Notes: generated by a model from the sequence alone, not told the origin. Shown: positions 10,751-21,115, counted from the stretch's first letter. The stretch is 64,000 nt of DNA from Candidatus Hodarchaeota archaeon (GCA_048887065.1 JBHLKC010000001.1:1264-65263), one strand, 5' to 3'. Numbers and translations: made by a program.

Positions 10751-11135
10751 TCATCACTAGAAAATCTTCATTGATAATAATATTAGTTTTTCACTGTCAC
10801 ACTACTAAACTCTCTTGCTTCTCTTGACAAGTTTGAGGCAAGAAAAAGTGCTAATCGTCGGTCATTCAAGTAAAGAAATGAAAGCCTACCAAAATTTTAT
10901 CTCAGACATAAAACAACACCCACGATAAGATCACTCCTGCAACTATTGGAATTTTCGCCGTTTTTGTCGCTGCAAACATTTTACACTCCACTCTCGTGAA
11001 CCAGCTCCATCCACCTGCCGATTCCTAAAAAATAAGTTCAGTAGAGGGGGCCTTTTCCACTCCTTTTTTTACTGTATATACAAACTTTTACTTTAACAAC
11101 CCTGATTTTTAAAAAGAACCTCTTAGCTTTTTTCA

Positions 11136-12398
11136 TTGGAAACCTTAAAAATGGGAATTACAGAAATTTTCGGTACTAAAGGAACCCAACTGAAGGGTAA
11201 ACGAATTCTAGTTGGTGTTACAGGCTCTATAGCTGCTATTGAAGTTCCTCATTTAATTCGAGAGATTTTGAGATATTCAGGTGACCCTATTGTTGTACTT
11301 TCGGAAGAGGCGGTTAGATTAGTTGCTATTGATGCACTAACATGGTGTATGGACAAAGAACCTATAACCAAAATTTCTGGAATCTCGGAACATGTCAAGT
11401 GGGTCTCTCATCCCGATTATAAAGTTGATTTATGTATTATTTGTCCAGCAACAGCAAATACTATCGCAAAACTTGCCAATGGTATTGCAGATGGGCCTGT
11501 AACATTAGCTGCTTTAGCAATAATTGGAGCTAAAATTCCCCTCTTAATTATACCTGCAGCTCATACTGTTTTATTAGAAAATCCAATTTCCAGAAAGAAT
11601 ATTTCATATCTTGAACAACTTGATGTAAAATTCATATCAGCTCCTGAGACTGAAAGTAAATACAAATTTCCTCCTCTAAACCAATTAATGGAAAAAATTA
11701 TTAATTTGGTCAATCCCTCTCTTCCGCTTCAAGGGGAAAAAATATTGATAACAGGGGGCGCTACAAGAGAATACTTGGATGATATTCGATTTATTTCTAA
11801 TCCTTCAACTGGCCTCTCAGCCCTACAGGTTACGAAAGCTCTCTATAGCCTAGGAGCTGAAGTTTCGCTAATTCTAGGTGAAGGACACAACATCGATTTA
11901 AAAGGATGTGCTTTTTCAGCTAAAATAGTCAGATCAACCTCGGATATGTATGATGCTGTTATGGAAGAGCTTTCTAATACTCATTATAATATTCTAGTCT
12001 CTGTTGCAGCAGTTTCAGATTATCATCCCCCGTATCAAACTGGAAAAATCGCTTCACGACAAACTAACTTAAAAATTGATTTAATCCCTACAGTTAAGAT
12101 ACTAGAAAAAGTTCGTGACAAATTTCCTGAATTATTCATTGTAGGCTACAAGGCTGAAGTAGGAATTTCTAAGGAAGAATTACAAAAAAGAGGCGAAAAG
12201 TTTCTAGAAAATAACAATCTCCAAATCGTTTGTGCAAATTGGGTAGGTGAACCAACAAAAGGATTTGTGTCTAAAACTAATGAAGTATTAGTTATTCGCC
12301 CAAATAGACCTGTTCTGCATCTTAAAGGATCTAAAACAGAACTTGGATATCAAATTGCTGAAGTAATTGCAGAAGAGGTCAAGAAGGAAAGTGATTGA
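11136..12398 (+). CDS. coaBC: bifunctional phosphopantothenoylcysteine decarboxylase / phosphopantothenate-cysteine ligase
   Basis: 420 aa. N-terminal flavoprotein domain (GKRILVGVTGSIAA, PATANTIAKLANGIAD) plus C-terminal DFP/CoaB domain (ITGGATREYLDDIRFISNPSTG). Confidence 0.85.
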   Translation: METLKMGITEIFGTKGTQLKGKRILVGVTGSIAAIEVPHLIREILRYSGDPIVVLSEEAVRLVAIDALTWCMDKEPITKISGISEHVKWVSHPDYKVDLCIICPATANTIAKLANGIADGPVTLAALAIIGAKIPLLIIPAAHTVLLENPISRKNISYLEQLDVKFISAPETESKYKFPPLNQLMEKIINLVNPSLPLQGEKILITGGATREYLDDIRFISNPSTGLSALQVTKALYSLGAEVSLILGEGHNIDLKGCAFSAKIVRSTSDMYDAVMEELSNTHYNILVSVAAVSDYHPPYQTGKIASRQTNLKIDLIPTVKILEKVRDKFPELFIVGYKAEVGISKEELQKRGEKFLENNNLQIVCANWVGEPTKGFVSKTNEVLVIRPNRPVLHLKGSKTELGYQIAEVIAEEVKKESD

Positions 12399-13318
12399 AA
12401 ATGAATCTTGCAATATTTGGTGCTGGTAGTATTGGATCGCTGTTCGCTGGTAGAATAGCACATTCTGGATTCAATATTTCAGTTATTGGCAGGAATCCTC
12501 ATGTGACAGAAATTCGTCGGAAAGGATTACGAATTATTGGAAATCAACACGAGATTATTTCTCATTTTCCTGCGGATACAGATTTTCAACCTGAAATCAT
12601 TAAGCCCAAGGCAGTTTTTGTAACCACTAAGGCATATGATAACAGTATTGTCGCACAAACAATGGCTGGAAAACTAGCTGAAAAGACGCCCATACTAATA
12701 TTACAAAATGGAATGGGGAACGAAGAAGATTTTCAGAGAATTTTTCCAAAAAATCCGATATATCGGGCTATAACCACTGAGGCGGCAGAATTAATACACC
12801 CTGGGGTTGTTAAACATGTTTCTTTTGGTAAAACCTCTTTTGATGTTATTAACGGTCAAGAAAATGGATATGGTTTAAAATTTCGTAATATAATGAGGAA
12901 ATCAGGATTCAATGCAAAGGAAACACAAAATATTCAACTAACTATGTGGCAGAAGTTATTGACTAATGCAGCAATTTGTCCATTAGCTGCACTTCTACAT
13001 GTAACCAATGGCCAAATTCTTCAGAAAGATTCTATTCAACAAATTTTCGATGCAATATTGGAGGAAGGGATAGCTGTTGCGACTCAAAACTTACCTGACG
13101 AAGATTTTTCAATGACTCGTGATTATGTTCTCAATGTGATTGAAAAAACAAAAGACAATCGTTGTAGTATGTTACAAGATATCGAACGAGGACGTAGAAC
13201 AGAGATAGACTATCTCAACGGTTTTATCGTTAGAGAAAGTCACCGTTTAGGGTTAAAAGCACCAGTAAATGCAGCGATTGCTGATTTAATACGTCATATT
13301 GAAACTTATCCGCAATAA
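12395..13318 (+). CDS. panE: 2-dehydropantoate 2-reductase (ketopantoate reductase, ApbA/PanE family)
   Basis: Rossmann motif NLAIFGAGSIGS, conserved K (TTKAYD) and NGMGN motif. 4-nt overlap with coaBC. Confidence 0.75.
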   Translation: MKMNLAIFGAGSIGSLFAGRIAHSGFNISVIGRNPHVTEIRRKGLRIIGNQHEIISHFPADTDFQPEIIKPKAVFVTTKAYDNSIVAQTMAGKLAEKTPILILQNGMGNEEDFQRIFPKNPIYRAITTEAAELIHPGVVKHVSFGKTSFDVINGQENGYGLKFRNIMRKSGFNAKETQNIQLTMWQKLLTNAAICPLAALLHVTNGQILQKDSIQQIFDAILEEGIAVATQNLPDEDFSMTRDYVLNVIEKTKDNRCSMLQDIERGRRTEIDYLNGFIVRESHRLGLKAPVNAAIADLIRHIETYPQ

Positions 13319-14222
13319 TGAAGGAATTTTAGTGCCAAGGGACGTTTCATATTGGGTTGCTGCTCACCTCACAGGTATTTTCGAGATCAGAGATAGTTCA
13401 GATAATCTCTTAGAAAAAGGGTCTCGTGGAGCAGGTCTTTCTATCAACAGGGGTGTAAGAACAACCGTTCATCGAACTGAGGTTCAGGAAACTGAGATTC
13501 TCTTTAACGGGATTAAAAAATCCCTTCCAGAAACATTAGTTACAAAGTGTGTTATTGACCTCATGCTGCCAAATAACCAAAGTTCTAGCCTTCTTGTCCA
13601 TCATAATTTTGAAGTCCCTGTTTCATCAGGATATGGTGCTTCTGCTGCGGGTGCACTAGGGACTGCTTTTTGCATAAATGATTTATTTAACATGGGTAGA
13701 ACTGAATTAGAATTATTCCAAGTAGCTCACAAAGCCGAGGTGAAAACTAAATCTGGACTAGGAGATGTCATCGCTCTTTATCAGGGAGGTATAGAAATTC
13801 GTTCAAGAGAAGGAGCTCCTGGCGTTGGGAAAACAATGTTGATTAATAACAATGAAGGATGGAAAGTTGCAACAGTTAATTTTGGTCCTCTTTCTACTTC
13901 TGAAGTTCTATCTAATCCTCACAAAAGGCGATTAGTTAATATTGCTGGAAGTGAATTAGTTAAAAAGCTTCTCTCTCGACCAACATTCAGTCATTTCATA
14001 CAGCTTGCCCAAATCTTTACCCAAAAAGTGAAACTCTGGTCACCTCGATTACAAAAATGCATTGAGAATTTACCAAACGATATATTTTGGGCTCAAATCA
14101 TGTTAGGTGAGGGTTTATTTCTATTTTACCAAGATGAGAGTAATTTAGAGCAAATTAGACTTCCGCTATCTCAAATCAATAAAGAGACTGTATGTCATCA
14201 AACTGTGGTGAAAAAACAATAA
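13299..14222 (+). CDS. pantoate kinase (archaeal GHMP-family kinase)
   Basis: GHMP ATP-binding motif PVSSGYGASAAGALG. Sits inside a CoA operon next to the PPS gene, which favours pantoate kinase over other GHMP kinases. Confidence 0.65.
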   Translation: MKLIRNNEGILVPRDVSYWVAAHLTGIFEIRDSSDNLLEKGSRGAGLSINRGVRTTVHRTEVQETEILFNGIKKSLPETLVTKCVIDLMLPNNQSSSLLVHHNFEVPVSSGYGASAAGALGTAFCINDLFNMGRTELELFQVAHKAEVKTKSGLGDVIALYQGGIEIRSREGAPGVGKTMLINNNEGWKVATVNFGPLSTSEVLSNPHKRRLVNIAGSELVKKLLSRPTFSHFIQLAQIFTQKVKLWSPRLQKCIENLPNDIFWAQIMLGEGLFLFYQDESNLEQIRLPLSQINKETVCHQTVVKKQ

Positions 14223-15013
14223 TGGAAGATCATGATATTCCGAAGAACCATCCCCGTTACGAATCATTAGTTACCCGTGAAAAGATAATTCAGGGAATGC
14301 ACAATAAGATTGTAGCTGAAGCAGGATTGATTGCTCATGGTCGTGGAGAAGCCTTTGATTACCTATTAGGAGAAGAATCACCTAAATTTGCTTTAAAACA
14401 GGAGAAACTAGCAGTAATTACATTACTTTTAGCAAAGAAACCAATTATTTCAGTTAATGGAAACGTTGCAGCTCTTTGTGCTAAGGAAATCGTGGAACTA
14501 GGTAAAATTTTAAACGCCCCTTTAGAAATTAACCTCTTCTATAGAACGCAGGAACGAATAAATGCTATTGAAGAAGTTATGAGAAAATCCGGAGCCGAGG
14601 TTTTACTTGGAATTACTTCTAATCATCAAGAAACCATTCCTGAATTGTCTCATCAGCGACGAATTGTCGATTCTCGTGGAATAGCGCGTTCAGATTGCGT
14701 ATTTGTACCGTTGGAGGATGGTGACCGTACGATGGCACTTAGAAAATTGGGGAAATCGGTGATTACGGTAGATTTGAATCCCCTCTCACGAACCTCTTTA
14801 ACAGCCTCAGTCTCCATTATTAACAATATTACAAGAGCAACAGCCGAGATGGTTGGTTTTACTGAGAAATTTCAACGACTGAGCGTTCAAGAATTAGAAA
14901 GAGAGAAAAAACAATTAAATAACAAAAAATTATTACAAGAGGCCATGAAATTTATGTCTACCCGACTTGTTGAACTTGCTAATAATAGAAAAACATTTGA
15001 GGTGAACCTATGA
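14192..15013 (+). CDS. phosphopantothenate synthetase (4-phosphopantoate--beta-alanine ligase, archaeal PPS)
   Basis: 273-aa protein of the archaeal-specific family that partners with pantoate kinase. Assigned mainly from operon context and family-level resemblance. Confidence 0.55.
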   Translation: MSSNCGEKTIMEDHDIPKNHPRYESLVTREKIIQGMHNKIVAEAGLIAHGRGEAFDYLLGEESPKFALKQEKLAVITLLLAKKPIISVNGNVAALCAKEIVELGKILNAPLEINLFYRTQERINAIEEVMRKSGAEVLLGITSNHQETIPELSHQRRIVDSRGIARSDCVFVPLEDGDRTMALRKLGKSVITVDLNPLSRTSLTASVSIINNITRATAEMVGFTEKFQRLSVQELEREKKQLNNKKLLQEAMKFMSTRLVELANNRKTFEVNL

Positions 15014-15807
15014 GAAAAAAAACCATTCTAGACATTATGGATATGAAGAAAAAGGGAGAAAAAATTACAATGCTTACCGCTTACGATTATGTTATGGCAT
15101 CTATCCTAGATGAAGCTGGGACAGATCTATTGCTTGTTGGAGATACTATGGGTATGGTGGTTCATGGTAATCCGACTACATTGCCTGTTACTTTGGAAGA
15201 TTCGATTCGTCATACTCAAGCTGTTGCACGAGGAGCAAAACAAGCGATGGTCATTGGAGATTTACCTTTCGGGACTTTTCAAGTTTCTGCTGAAGAGGCA
15301 GTTCGAAATGCTATCAAACTAGTTAAAATAGGTAATGCGGAAGCAATAAAGCTAGAAGGTGGGAGTGAAAGATGTGAAGCAGTCAAAAGAATACTTGATG
15401 CAGGTATGCCCGTCATGGGTCATCTAGGTTTAACTCCACAATCGATTCACAAGTTCGGTGGTTTCAAAGTTCAAGGTAAAACTGAAGAGTCGGCTGAGTT
15501 TCTTTTGGAAGAAGCAATGCACCTTGAAGAAGCAGGGATTTTTTCTCTTGTATTAGAAGCTATTCCATGGAAAGTAGCAAAGAAAATAACTGAAACTCTT
15601 TCTATTCCCACTATTGGCATCGGGGCTGGGCCTTATTGTGATGGACAGGTGCTGGTGACCTATGACCTCTTAGGATATTTCGATTTCGGGGCAAAATTTG
15701 TTAAAAGATATTTAAATTTGAAAGAACAAATACTAGAGGCAATCAAAGAATATAACAAAGAAGTTAGAGACGGAACGTTTCCAGATCTTAGTTATAGTTA
15801 CGAATAA
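15010..15807 (+). CDS. panB: 3-methyl-2-oxobutanoate hydroxymethyltransferase (ketopantoate hydroxymethyltransferase)
   Basis: ITMLTAYDY N-terminal signature, GDxxG Mg-binding region, TIM-barrel PanB pattern. 4-nt overlap with the upstream gene. Confidence 0.9.
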   Translation: MRKKTILDIMDMKKKGEKITMLTAYDYVMASILDEAGTDLLLVGDTMGMVVHGNPTTLPVTLEDSIRHTQAVARGAKQAMVIGDLPFGTFQVSAEEAVRNAIKLVKIGNAEAIKLEGGSERCEAVKRILDAGMPVMGHLGLTPQSIHKFGGFKVQGKTEESAEFLLEEAMHLEEAGIFSLVLEAIPWKVAKKITETLSIPTIGIGAGPYCDGQVLVTYDLLGYFDFGAKFVKRYLNLKEQILEAIKEYNKEVRDGTFPDLSYSYE

Positions 15808-16221
15808 ACTAAACTGTCATTTTCGTCATTTTCGGGGGTCTCCCTCCTTTTTATACTATATAAATCACATAGAAGTATTTATAAGATGACCCTTTCTATA
15901 AAGGGTTGTGTTTCTAATGGGTACCGACTCAATTAATCTATTTCCAAAAATTAGATTGAGCGGAGTTACTACTCGGTTTCTACTTTTAAGAGAATTACAA
16001 AAAGCAAAGGAAAGAATGAATTCAACTCCCCATCCCTACTGTGAGCTGGACTGCCCTTGGTTAATCCTTTGTCGAAAGTTGTATAGAAAAATCCCTCAAT
16101 TTGGTTGTATTTTAATTGATTTAACAGATTCTAGTCTATGGAGTGGAACCAGTAACAGATTTTCTGAGGAACAGAGACTCTCAGCAGAATAAATATAAAT
16201 GAAAATGAGAGGATCAATTCC

Positions 16222-16983
16222 TTAGCTATCTTTATTAGAGGAAGTAAGCAAATTTTGATTCTTCAATAGATATTTTGGTCCAAATCCCTCCAGTTTCCCA
16301 AATGGCCCCTCCACGCCTTTAGGATTTCCTGTTTTTGTATAAACAACTTTAGAGTTGAGAATTGCATCAATTACTTTTGAGGGGCTTTCGAATTCATTTA
16401 ATAGTATGTTTCCTTTCTTTTGTCCAGTGTTATGAAGACCTTGGAGGAAATAAAGCTGACTCTCTCTAATACTTTTTTTCTTTGGGGATTTTCGGGCAAG
16501 TATTGGATCTGTTTTTTCTTCTTGAACCCAGGAGGTAATTCGGTTCAATGCGATAGCAGTTTCACTCATTTTTGAGGTTGGGATTATTGGCACTTGTCGT
16601 CTCAAAAATATGTAAGTAAGTGCTCCATATACATGTTTCTTTCTTTTTTTCCATTCTGTTCTTTCAAAAGCTGAAAAAAAGTTCTCTAATAACAATATTG
16701 GTTGTTCATAAGTTTCAATTAGACGATCTATCTGCTCAAACAACCTATTATCCATTAAAGAGGCTATAAAGTCTGTTCCTGTTTTTCTTTCGCAAACAAC
16801 TTGATCTGATATAACATAATCTCCTATATCTAATTGCTTCTCTTCAACCTCCATGCCTAATTTGATTAGTCTTTTTTTAATTCTTGCAGGCTCACGATGG
16901 TCTACTATAATCTTTAGTGATTGATCAGCCATTTTGATTTCCTGATTTAAATGGATACTAAGGGTGGTACCCCTTTTTATCAA
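16222..16983 (-). CDS. ERCC4-type nuclease, short form (XPF/Mus81 family: nuclease domain + HhH2)
   Basis: ERCC4 motifs VDHREP ... GDYVISDQVVCERKTGTDF. C-terminal helix-hairpin-helix (GLHNTGQKKGNILLNEF). Probable true start at 16932 (MADQS...). Confidence 0.7.
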   Translation of the reverse strand: MIKRGTTLSIHLNQEIKMADQSLKIIVDHREPARIKKRLIKLGMEVEEKQLDIGDYVISDQVVCERKTGTDFIASLMDNRLFEQIDRLIETYEQPILLLENFFSAFERTEWKKRKKHVYGALTYIFLRRQVPIIPTSKMSETAIALNRITSWVQEEKTDPILARKSPKKKSIRESQLYFLQGLHNTGQKKGNILLNEFESPSKVIDAILNSKVVYTKTGNPKGVEGPFGKLEGFGPKYLLKNQNLLTSSNKDS

Positions 16984-19378
16984 TTGTACCTGGCAAGAGA
17001 TTGTTTTGGATTAAAGTTTCAATAACAGGTCTCAGATGTTCTTTTGAGACATTAGTTTGACTGCTGATCTCATCCCAAGAGAGTTGGTTCTTAATTTGTT
17101 GATTTGGATCCTTAATAAATGTAATTACCTTGTTAAAAGCTCTTTTGGGTGTTAAAACTGATCTTTCATCTCGTGAAATCCAAAGATTATTACGATGAAT
17201 TATCTCCCGAATCAATTTTTCATTTTCACGGTTTTGGATAATTTCAAGAAGGTCTAGGAGTTCTATTAATTCAAATTCTTGTCGATGTTCAACCATCCCT
17301 TTTAATTCTTGAATTATTCCAGTTTCCGTCACAAATTCTCCAAGTGAATTTGTTATCCCATTTATTGATAAAATTTCTTTGATTACTAGAGAAAGTATAT
17401 CAGCTTCTAATTCTAATTTAAACCCAAGCACCGAGAAATTAATTCTAGCTAGGAGTTTAATTTCATTTGCTATTTTCGAAATAAGCTCTTCAGTGAAAAA
17501 GAATGTCTCGTTTACATCAGTCCGTCCTTTAAACTCTTGTGTTAAATACCCAAGAATAACTCCCTTAACACTCTTATCAAATTTTAGCTCGTTCATGAGA
17601 TCAGAGACACGGAGATAGCTCGTTTCACGAACTTTTTGTTGTAAAAGAGGGTGTAAACTTTCTAGAGAGATTAGCTGTCCACTTTTTGCTTGGAAGGTTT
17701 TAATCTCCAATATCTTTTGTAAGCTTCTGAGAAATGTTGGAAAATCCAAATTAATTGGATTTAAAAGGTGACTTACTCGTTCTTCGTCAATTCTGATCGT
17801 ATTTTGTTCGAGTTTATAGAATTCAGTGATCTCCAAAAATACTTGGATATCTTCGAGCCATCTCCCCTGAAAATGTCTCGAAATTATTTCTTTTAATGTT
17901 TCATATTCGATCTTTGGGTTCCCAATTTCCTTTAGAAATAATTCAAGTGAAATAATATGATATTGCTCTATCTGTTGTCTGATTCGATTATTGATAAAGT
18001 TGGAAGTTAAATATTCGTTGTTAGAGTTATACCAACCATCTTCTGAAGGAACCAGAACAGGGACTATCGAATTCTTTACCAAATCAGGAGATTGATGAAT
18101 ATCCTCACAAATGTTTTTGATTTTAATAAATCCATTTTCTTTTATTTCAGTAGAGTACTTAAAGAACACCTCATTCGTAAGAAATAGATCCGAATTAACC
18201 TGATAAATTTCAGGAATTTGAGATATTGTTTTAATGAGTGTTTCTGGAAGAATATCTTTGAAAGGTTCGTTTTCTTGAAGAGCTGGTAAATAAATAGACT
18301 TTGAATTGTCTAATTCGGTTGAAAGTAGATTTTTAAGCCCTGTATTGGTGAGGGATATATTTTCTTCTAGAGAATATAGTTCTAATCCCAATATTTTGTG
18401 TATAAGGATATCTGTAACGATTTCAGTAGTCTGGAGCTCTTCTGCAAGTTCCGTTATGTTTAGCTCGTTCTTATTTGATAATCTCATTTGCAGGTCTTTA
18501 ATAGCAAAATCCATTTGAGTTTTCAATGTATTCATTACTGAATCAAAATTTTGCTTAGTAGTATCAGATGCATGTTGTAATAATGCTATATAACCAATTC
18601 TTCCACTTGACATGACAACTGATATCATGTCAGATTCATGCTTATTCAAGAAAGCTGCTGCAGTCTCCCTGACATAATCGTTTGGATCTGTAAGGTTTTC
18701 TAAGAAAGGTACGATAAGTTCACGTCCTCCCATATGATCTAACGTAGCCATTGCTTGATTACGGGTCCAATCATCATAACTTGGATCTTTCATAATATCA
18801 ATTAGTGTCCCAAGAACTTGAGGAGTTTTCAGCTTACCGAGGGCGTAAATTACAGTACGTCTAAGTCCCCCCTTTTCTGATCCTAACATTTGTAATAATA
18901 TAGATTCAACACCCTGTATTTGATGAGTTAAGACATTATCAATTGCAGTTTTCCGAACAACCTCTGCAGGATCTTGTAAAGCTTTAATTGTTTGTTCTTT
19001 GAGAGAATGGTGATTCTGAGAGCTAAGCCATTCAAGAGATAGAGAACGGATACCAGGACTAGAGTCTAATAACGCGCCAATAATTATTGGTTCCAGCTTC
19101 TTAGTGTCTGGGATAACTTCCAATAGAGTCAATAGGATTGTTTCTCGAATTTTATCATCAGAATCTTTTACCATATTTAGAAATGATTTAAGAATCATCC
19201 GAAAACGAAAATCTGCGGGATTTGACTTTAAATATTTGCTTAGATTATTAATAGCAGTCCATTTCATGTCAGGATCAGGTGATTTGAGATTTTTCAGGTC
19301 AATTAACACAGATTCCTCGGACATGAAATTATTACTCCTCAATCTTATGATCCTTACTTCAAGAGAGGAAAACGACAT
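16958..19378 (-). CDS. HEAT/PBS-lyase-type repeat protein with about 530-aa C-terminal domain of unknown function
   Basis: 806 aa. N-terminal ~270 aa are repeated ~30-aa HEAT-like units (IRETILLTLLEV, DPAEVVRKTAIDNV, DPNDYVRETAAAFL ...). An alternative start lies at 19324 (MSEES). Confidence 0.7.
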   Translation of the reverse strand: MSFSSLEVRIIRLRSNNFMSEESVLIDLKNLKSPDPDMKWTAINNLSKYLKSNPADFRFRMILKSFLNMVKDSDDKIRETILLTLLEVIPDTKKLEPIIIGALLDSSPGIRSLSLEWLSSQNHHSLKEQTIKALQDPAEVVRKTAIDNVLTHQIQGVESILLQMLGSEKGGLRRTVIYALGKLKTPQVLGTLIDIMKDPSYDDWTRNQAMATLDHMGGRELIVPFLENLTDPNDYVRETAAAFLNKHESDMISVVMSSGRIGYIALLQHASDTTKQNFDSVMNTLKTQMDFAIKDLQMRLSNKNELNITELAEELQTTEIVTDILIHKILGLELYSLEENISLTNTGLKNLLSTELDNSKSIYLPALQENEPFKDILPETLIKTISQIPEIYQVNSDLFLTNEVFFKYSTEIKENGFIKIKNICEDIHQSPDLVKNSIVPVLVPSEDGWYNSNNEYLTSNFINNRIRQQIEQYHIISLELFLKEIGNPKIEYETLKEIISRHFQGRWLEDIQVFLEITEFYKLEQNTIRIDEERVSHLLNPINLDFPTFLRSLQKILEIKTFQAKSGQLISLESLHPLLQQKVRETSYLRVSDLMNELKFDKSVKGVILGYLTQEFKGRTDVNETFFFTEELISKIANEIKLLARINFSVLGFKLELEADILSLVIKEILSINGITNSLGEFVTETGIIQELKGMVEHRQEFELIELLDLLEIIQNRENEKLIREIIHRNNLWISRDERSVLTPKRAFNKVITFIKDPNQQIKNQLSWDEISSQTNVSKEHLRPVIETLIQNNLLPGTIDKKGYHP

Positions 19379-19539
19379 ATAAGGTTATTTATGTTTTCCT
19401 AAAAATAATTAGCATTTATGGAGTGAAATGTTTTTCATCAGTCTCAAATGTATTTAGCTGAGGCTATCAATTAGTTCATGTCTAGTCTTATAAACCCAAT
19501 CTATCTCCTTGTAATAAAGCTTGAGAGCTTGCTAATATT

Positions 19540-19900
19540 ATAAGGACACCTGTTTTACAGCTTCCTCCTCCGACTTTAGCTTGGAACAGGGGCTAATCAA
19601 GGTTTAAAAAGCAATATAATAATATTATCATAACTGACTAAGATGGCGTCTCAAAACAACGGGTGAAACTCCTACTGTTCGCATCCGTCTTTAAGGTTTT
19701 TTGAAAACCTTAGGGAGATGGTCAGGTCAGCAAGTACATTTGTTCTGGGACACGTTCCGAGTTTGGAGCATTCAAATCACCTGTAGGTCAGTAATTGAGA
19801 ATGCAAGTATTCCCAAAGACTTATATCAATGGGATAGAGGCGATGGGTTTTCGCCTGCATGATGGAACATAGCTACGGTGACGAGCTATTTGATGACCTC
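19540..19900. ncRNA. candidate structured non-coding RNA (identity unresolved; some SRP-RNA-like motifs)
   Basis: ~360 nt with no ORF of 60 aa or more on either strand. Local G+C is clearly above the flanking AT-rich DNA. Contains GGGUGAAACUCC and GGUCAGGUCAGCAAG, which resemble conserved SRP RNA/4.5S helix-8 segments. The P4 RNase P signatures (GGAAAGUCC, GGCUUA) are absent. Confidence 0.3.
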
Positions 19901-20035
19901 TTGTGAATACTAATGAACCAAAAAGTTCATTTGTAATAACCTAAACACTTTATAGATAAACAAGATCATATTCTTAGATTAAGAGACTTGAATTAATGCA
20001 AATAAAATGATTACGTAATAATGAAGATTGATAAT

Positions 20036-21115
20036 TCAAGAGGATCTGCTGACTTTTGCAGGATTACGAATAAAGGCTGAAACTAACCTAATTGTCTGGT
20101 AAATATCTTCTATTGAGAGAAGAGAAGTCGGTGAATGAATGTATCGACAGGGAACCGATACTACTGATGAAGGGATACCTTCTCGCGCTAGGTGGATTCT
20201 ACCTGCATTCGTACCTCCAAATATCGGTTTTTTAATGTGGAATGGAATATTTTCATATTTAGCATTTATAATCAAGCGATCATTCACAGCGGGGTGAGCA
20301 AGCAAGCTCCGATCTGCAACTGTAATTGCAGGCCCTTTTCCAATGTATGCAGGGCATTCCGAGTCTTTAACACCAGGTACGTCTCCAGCAGTTGTATTAT
20401 CTATAGCTATTGCCATAGATGGATCTAAACTAAATGCTGCTGTTGCAGCTCCACGGCATCCAACTTCCTCCTGAACTGAGAAGCTAAAAAGGAGAGTATC
20501 TGAAGGAGGTTTCTCTGCAAATTCTTTGATTATTTGAATTAGTACATTTATTCCAGTTCGATCATCAAATGCTTTACCTCGGATCAAATTGTCAGGTAAT
20601 TCTACAAATGGATCGTATAATGTTCCAAAGGAACCAATATTGATTTTACATTCTTCTACTTTGTCACGGGATGATAAACCTATGTCAATGTACATATCAC
20701 TAATTTTCACAGCAGTTTTCCTTTCGCTTTCGCTTGTTAATTGGCGTGGTTTCGAGCCAATGATCCCGTGATATTCTTCTCCATTCTTATTAAGGATTTT
20801 CACACACTGTCCTAAAAGAATCCGAGAGTCCCATCCCCCAATTGGGACGAAACGGAGAAATCCTTTAGGATCGATATGGCTAATCATAAAGCCGATTTCA
20901 TCCATATGGGCATCTAACATTATATTCTCTTTGCCTTCGCTTCCCTTTATGACGGCTAATAGAGACCCTAGAGGATTTACCCACATCTTTTCAACTAATC
21001 CATCAATTTGACTTTGAATAAATCTAACTACAAGTTCTTCGTTTCCACTTACACCAATTAGTTCAGATAATTCTCTTTGGATGGATTTAATGCTATTGAG
21101 GTCTTTTTTTTCCAT
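20036..21115 (-). CDS. M42 family (TET/FrvX-type) aminopeptidase
   Basis: 359 aa. Has M42 metal-ligand pattern (HMDEIGF, AFDDRTG, EEVGCRGA) and C-terminal PCRYIHSP. Confidence 0.85.
   Translation of the reverse strand: MEKKDLNSIKSIQRELSELIGVSGNEELVVRFIQSQIDGLVEKMWVNPLGSLLAVIKGSEGKENIMLDAHMDEIGFMISHIDPKGFLRFVPIGGWDSRILLGQCVKILNKNGEEYHGIIGSKPRQLTSESERKTAVKISDMYIDIGLSSRDKVEECKINIGSFGTLYDPFVELPDNLIRGKAFDDRTGINVLIQIIKEFAEKPPSDTLLFSFSVQEEVGCRGAATAAFSLDPSMAIAIDNTTAGDVPGVKDSECPAYIGKGPAITVADRSLLAHPAVNDRLIINAKYENIPFHIKKPIFGGTNAGRIHLAREGIPSSVVSVPCRYIHSPTSLLSIEDIYQTIRLVSAFIRNPAKVSRSS

Noticed and set aside
15908-16192. 94-aa ORF in the spacer after panB
   Set aside because: Odd composition and no motif. 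The region contains a small hairpin (ctgagg...cctcag) and could equally be 3' UTR/terminator sequence, so it is not called as a gene.
19540-19900. Archaeal RNase P RNA as the identity of the GC-rich segment
   Set aside because: GGGUGAAAC resembles the P10-12 region of RNase P. However, the universally conserved P4 strands (GGAAAGUCC and ...GGCUUA) are absent on both strands, so RNase P is unlikely. The segment is kept only as a generic ncRNA candidate.
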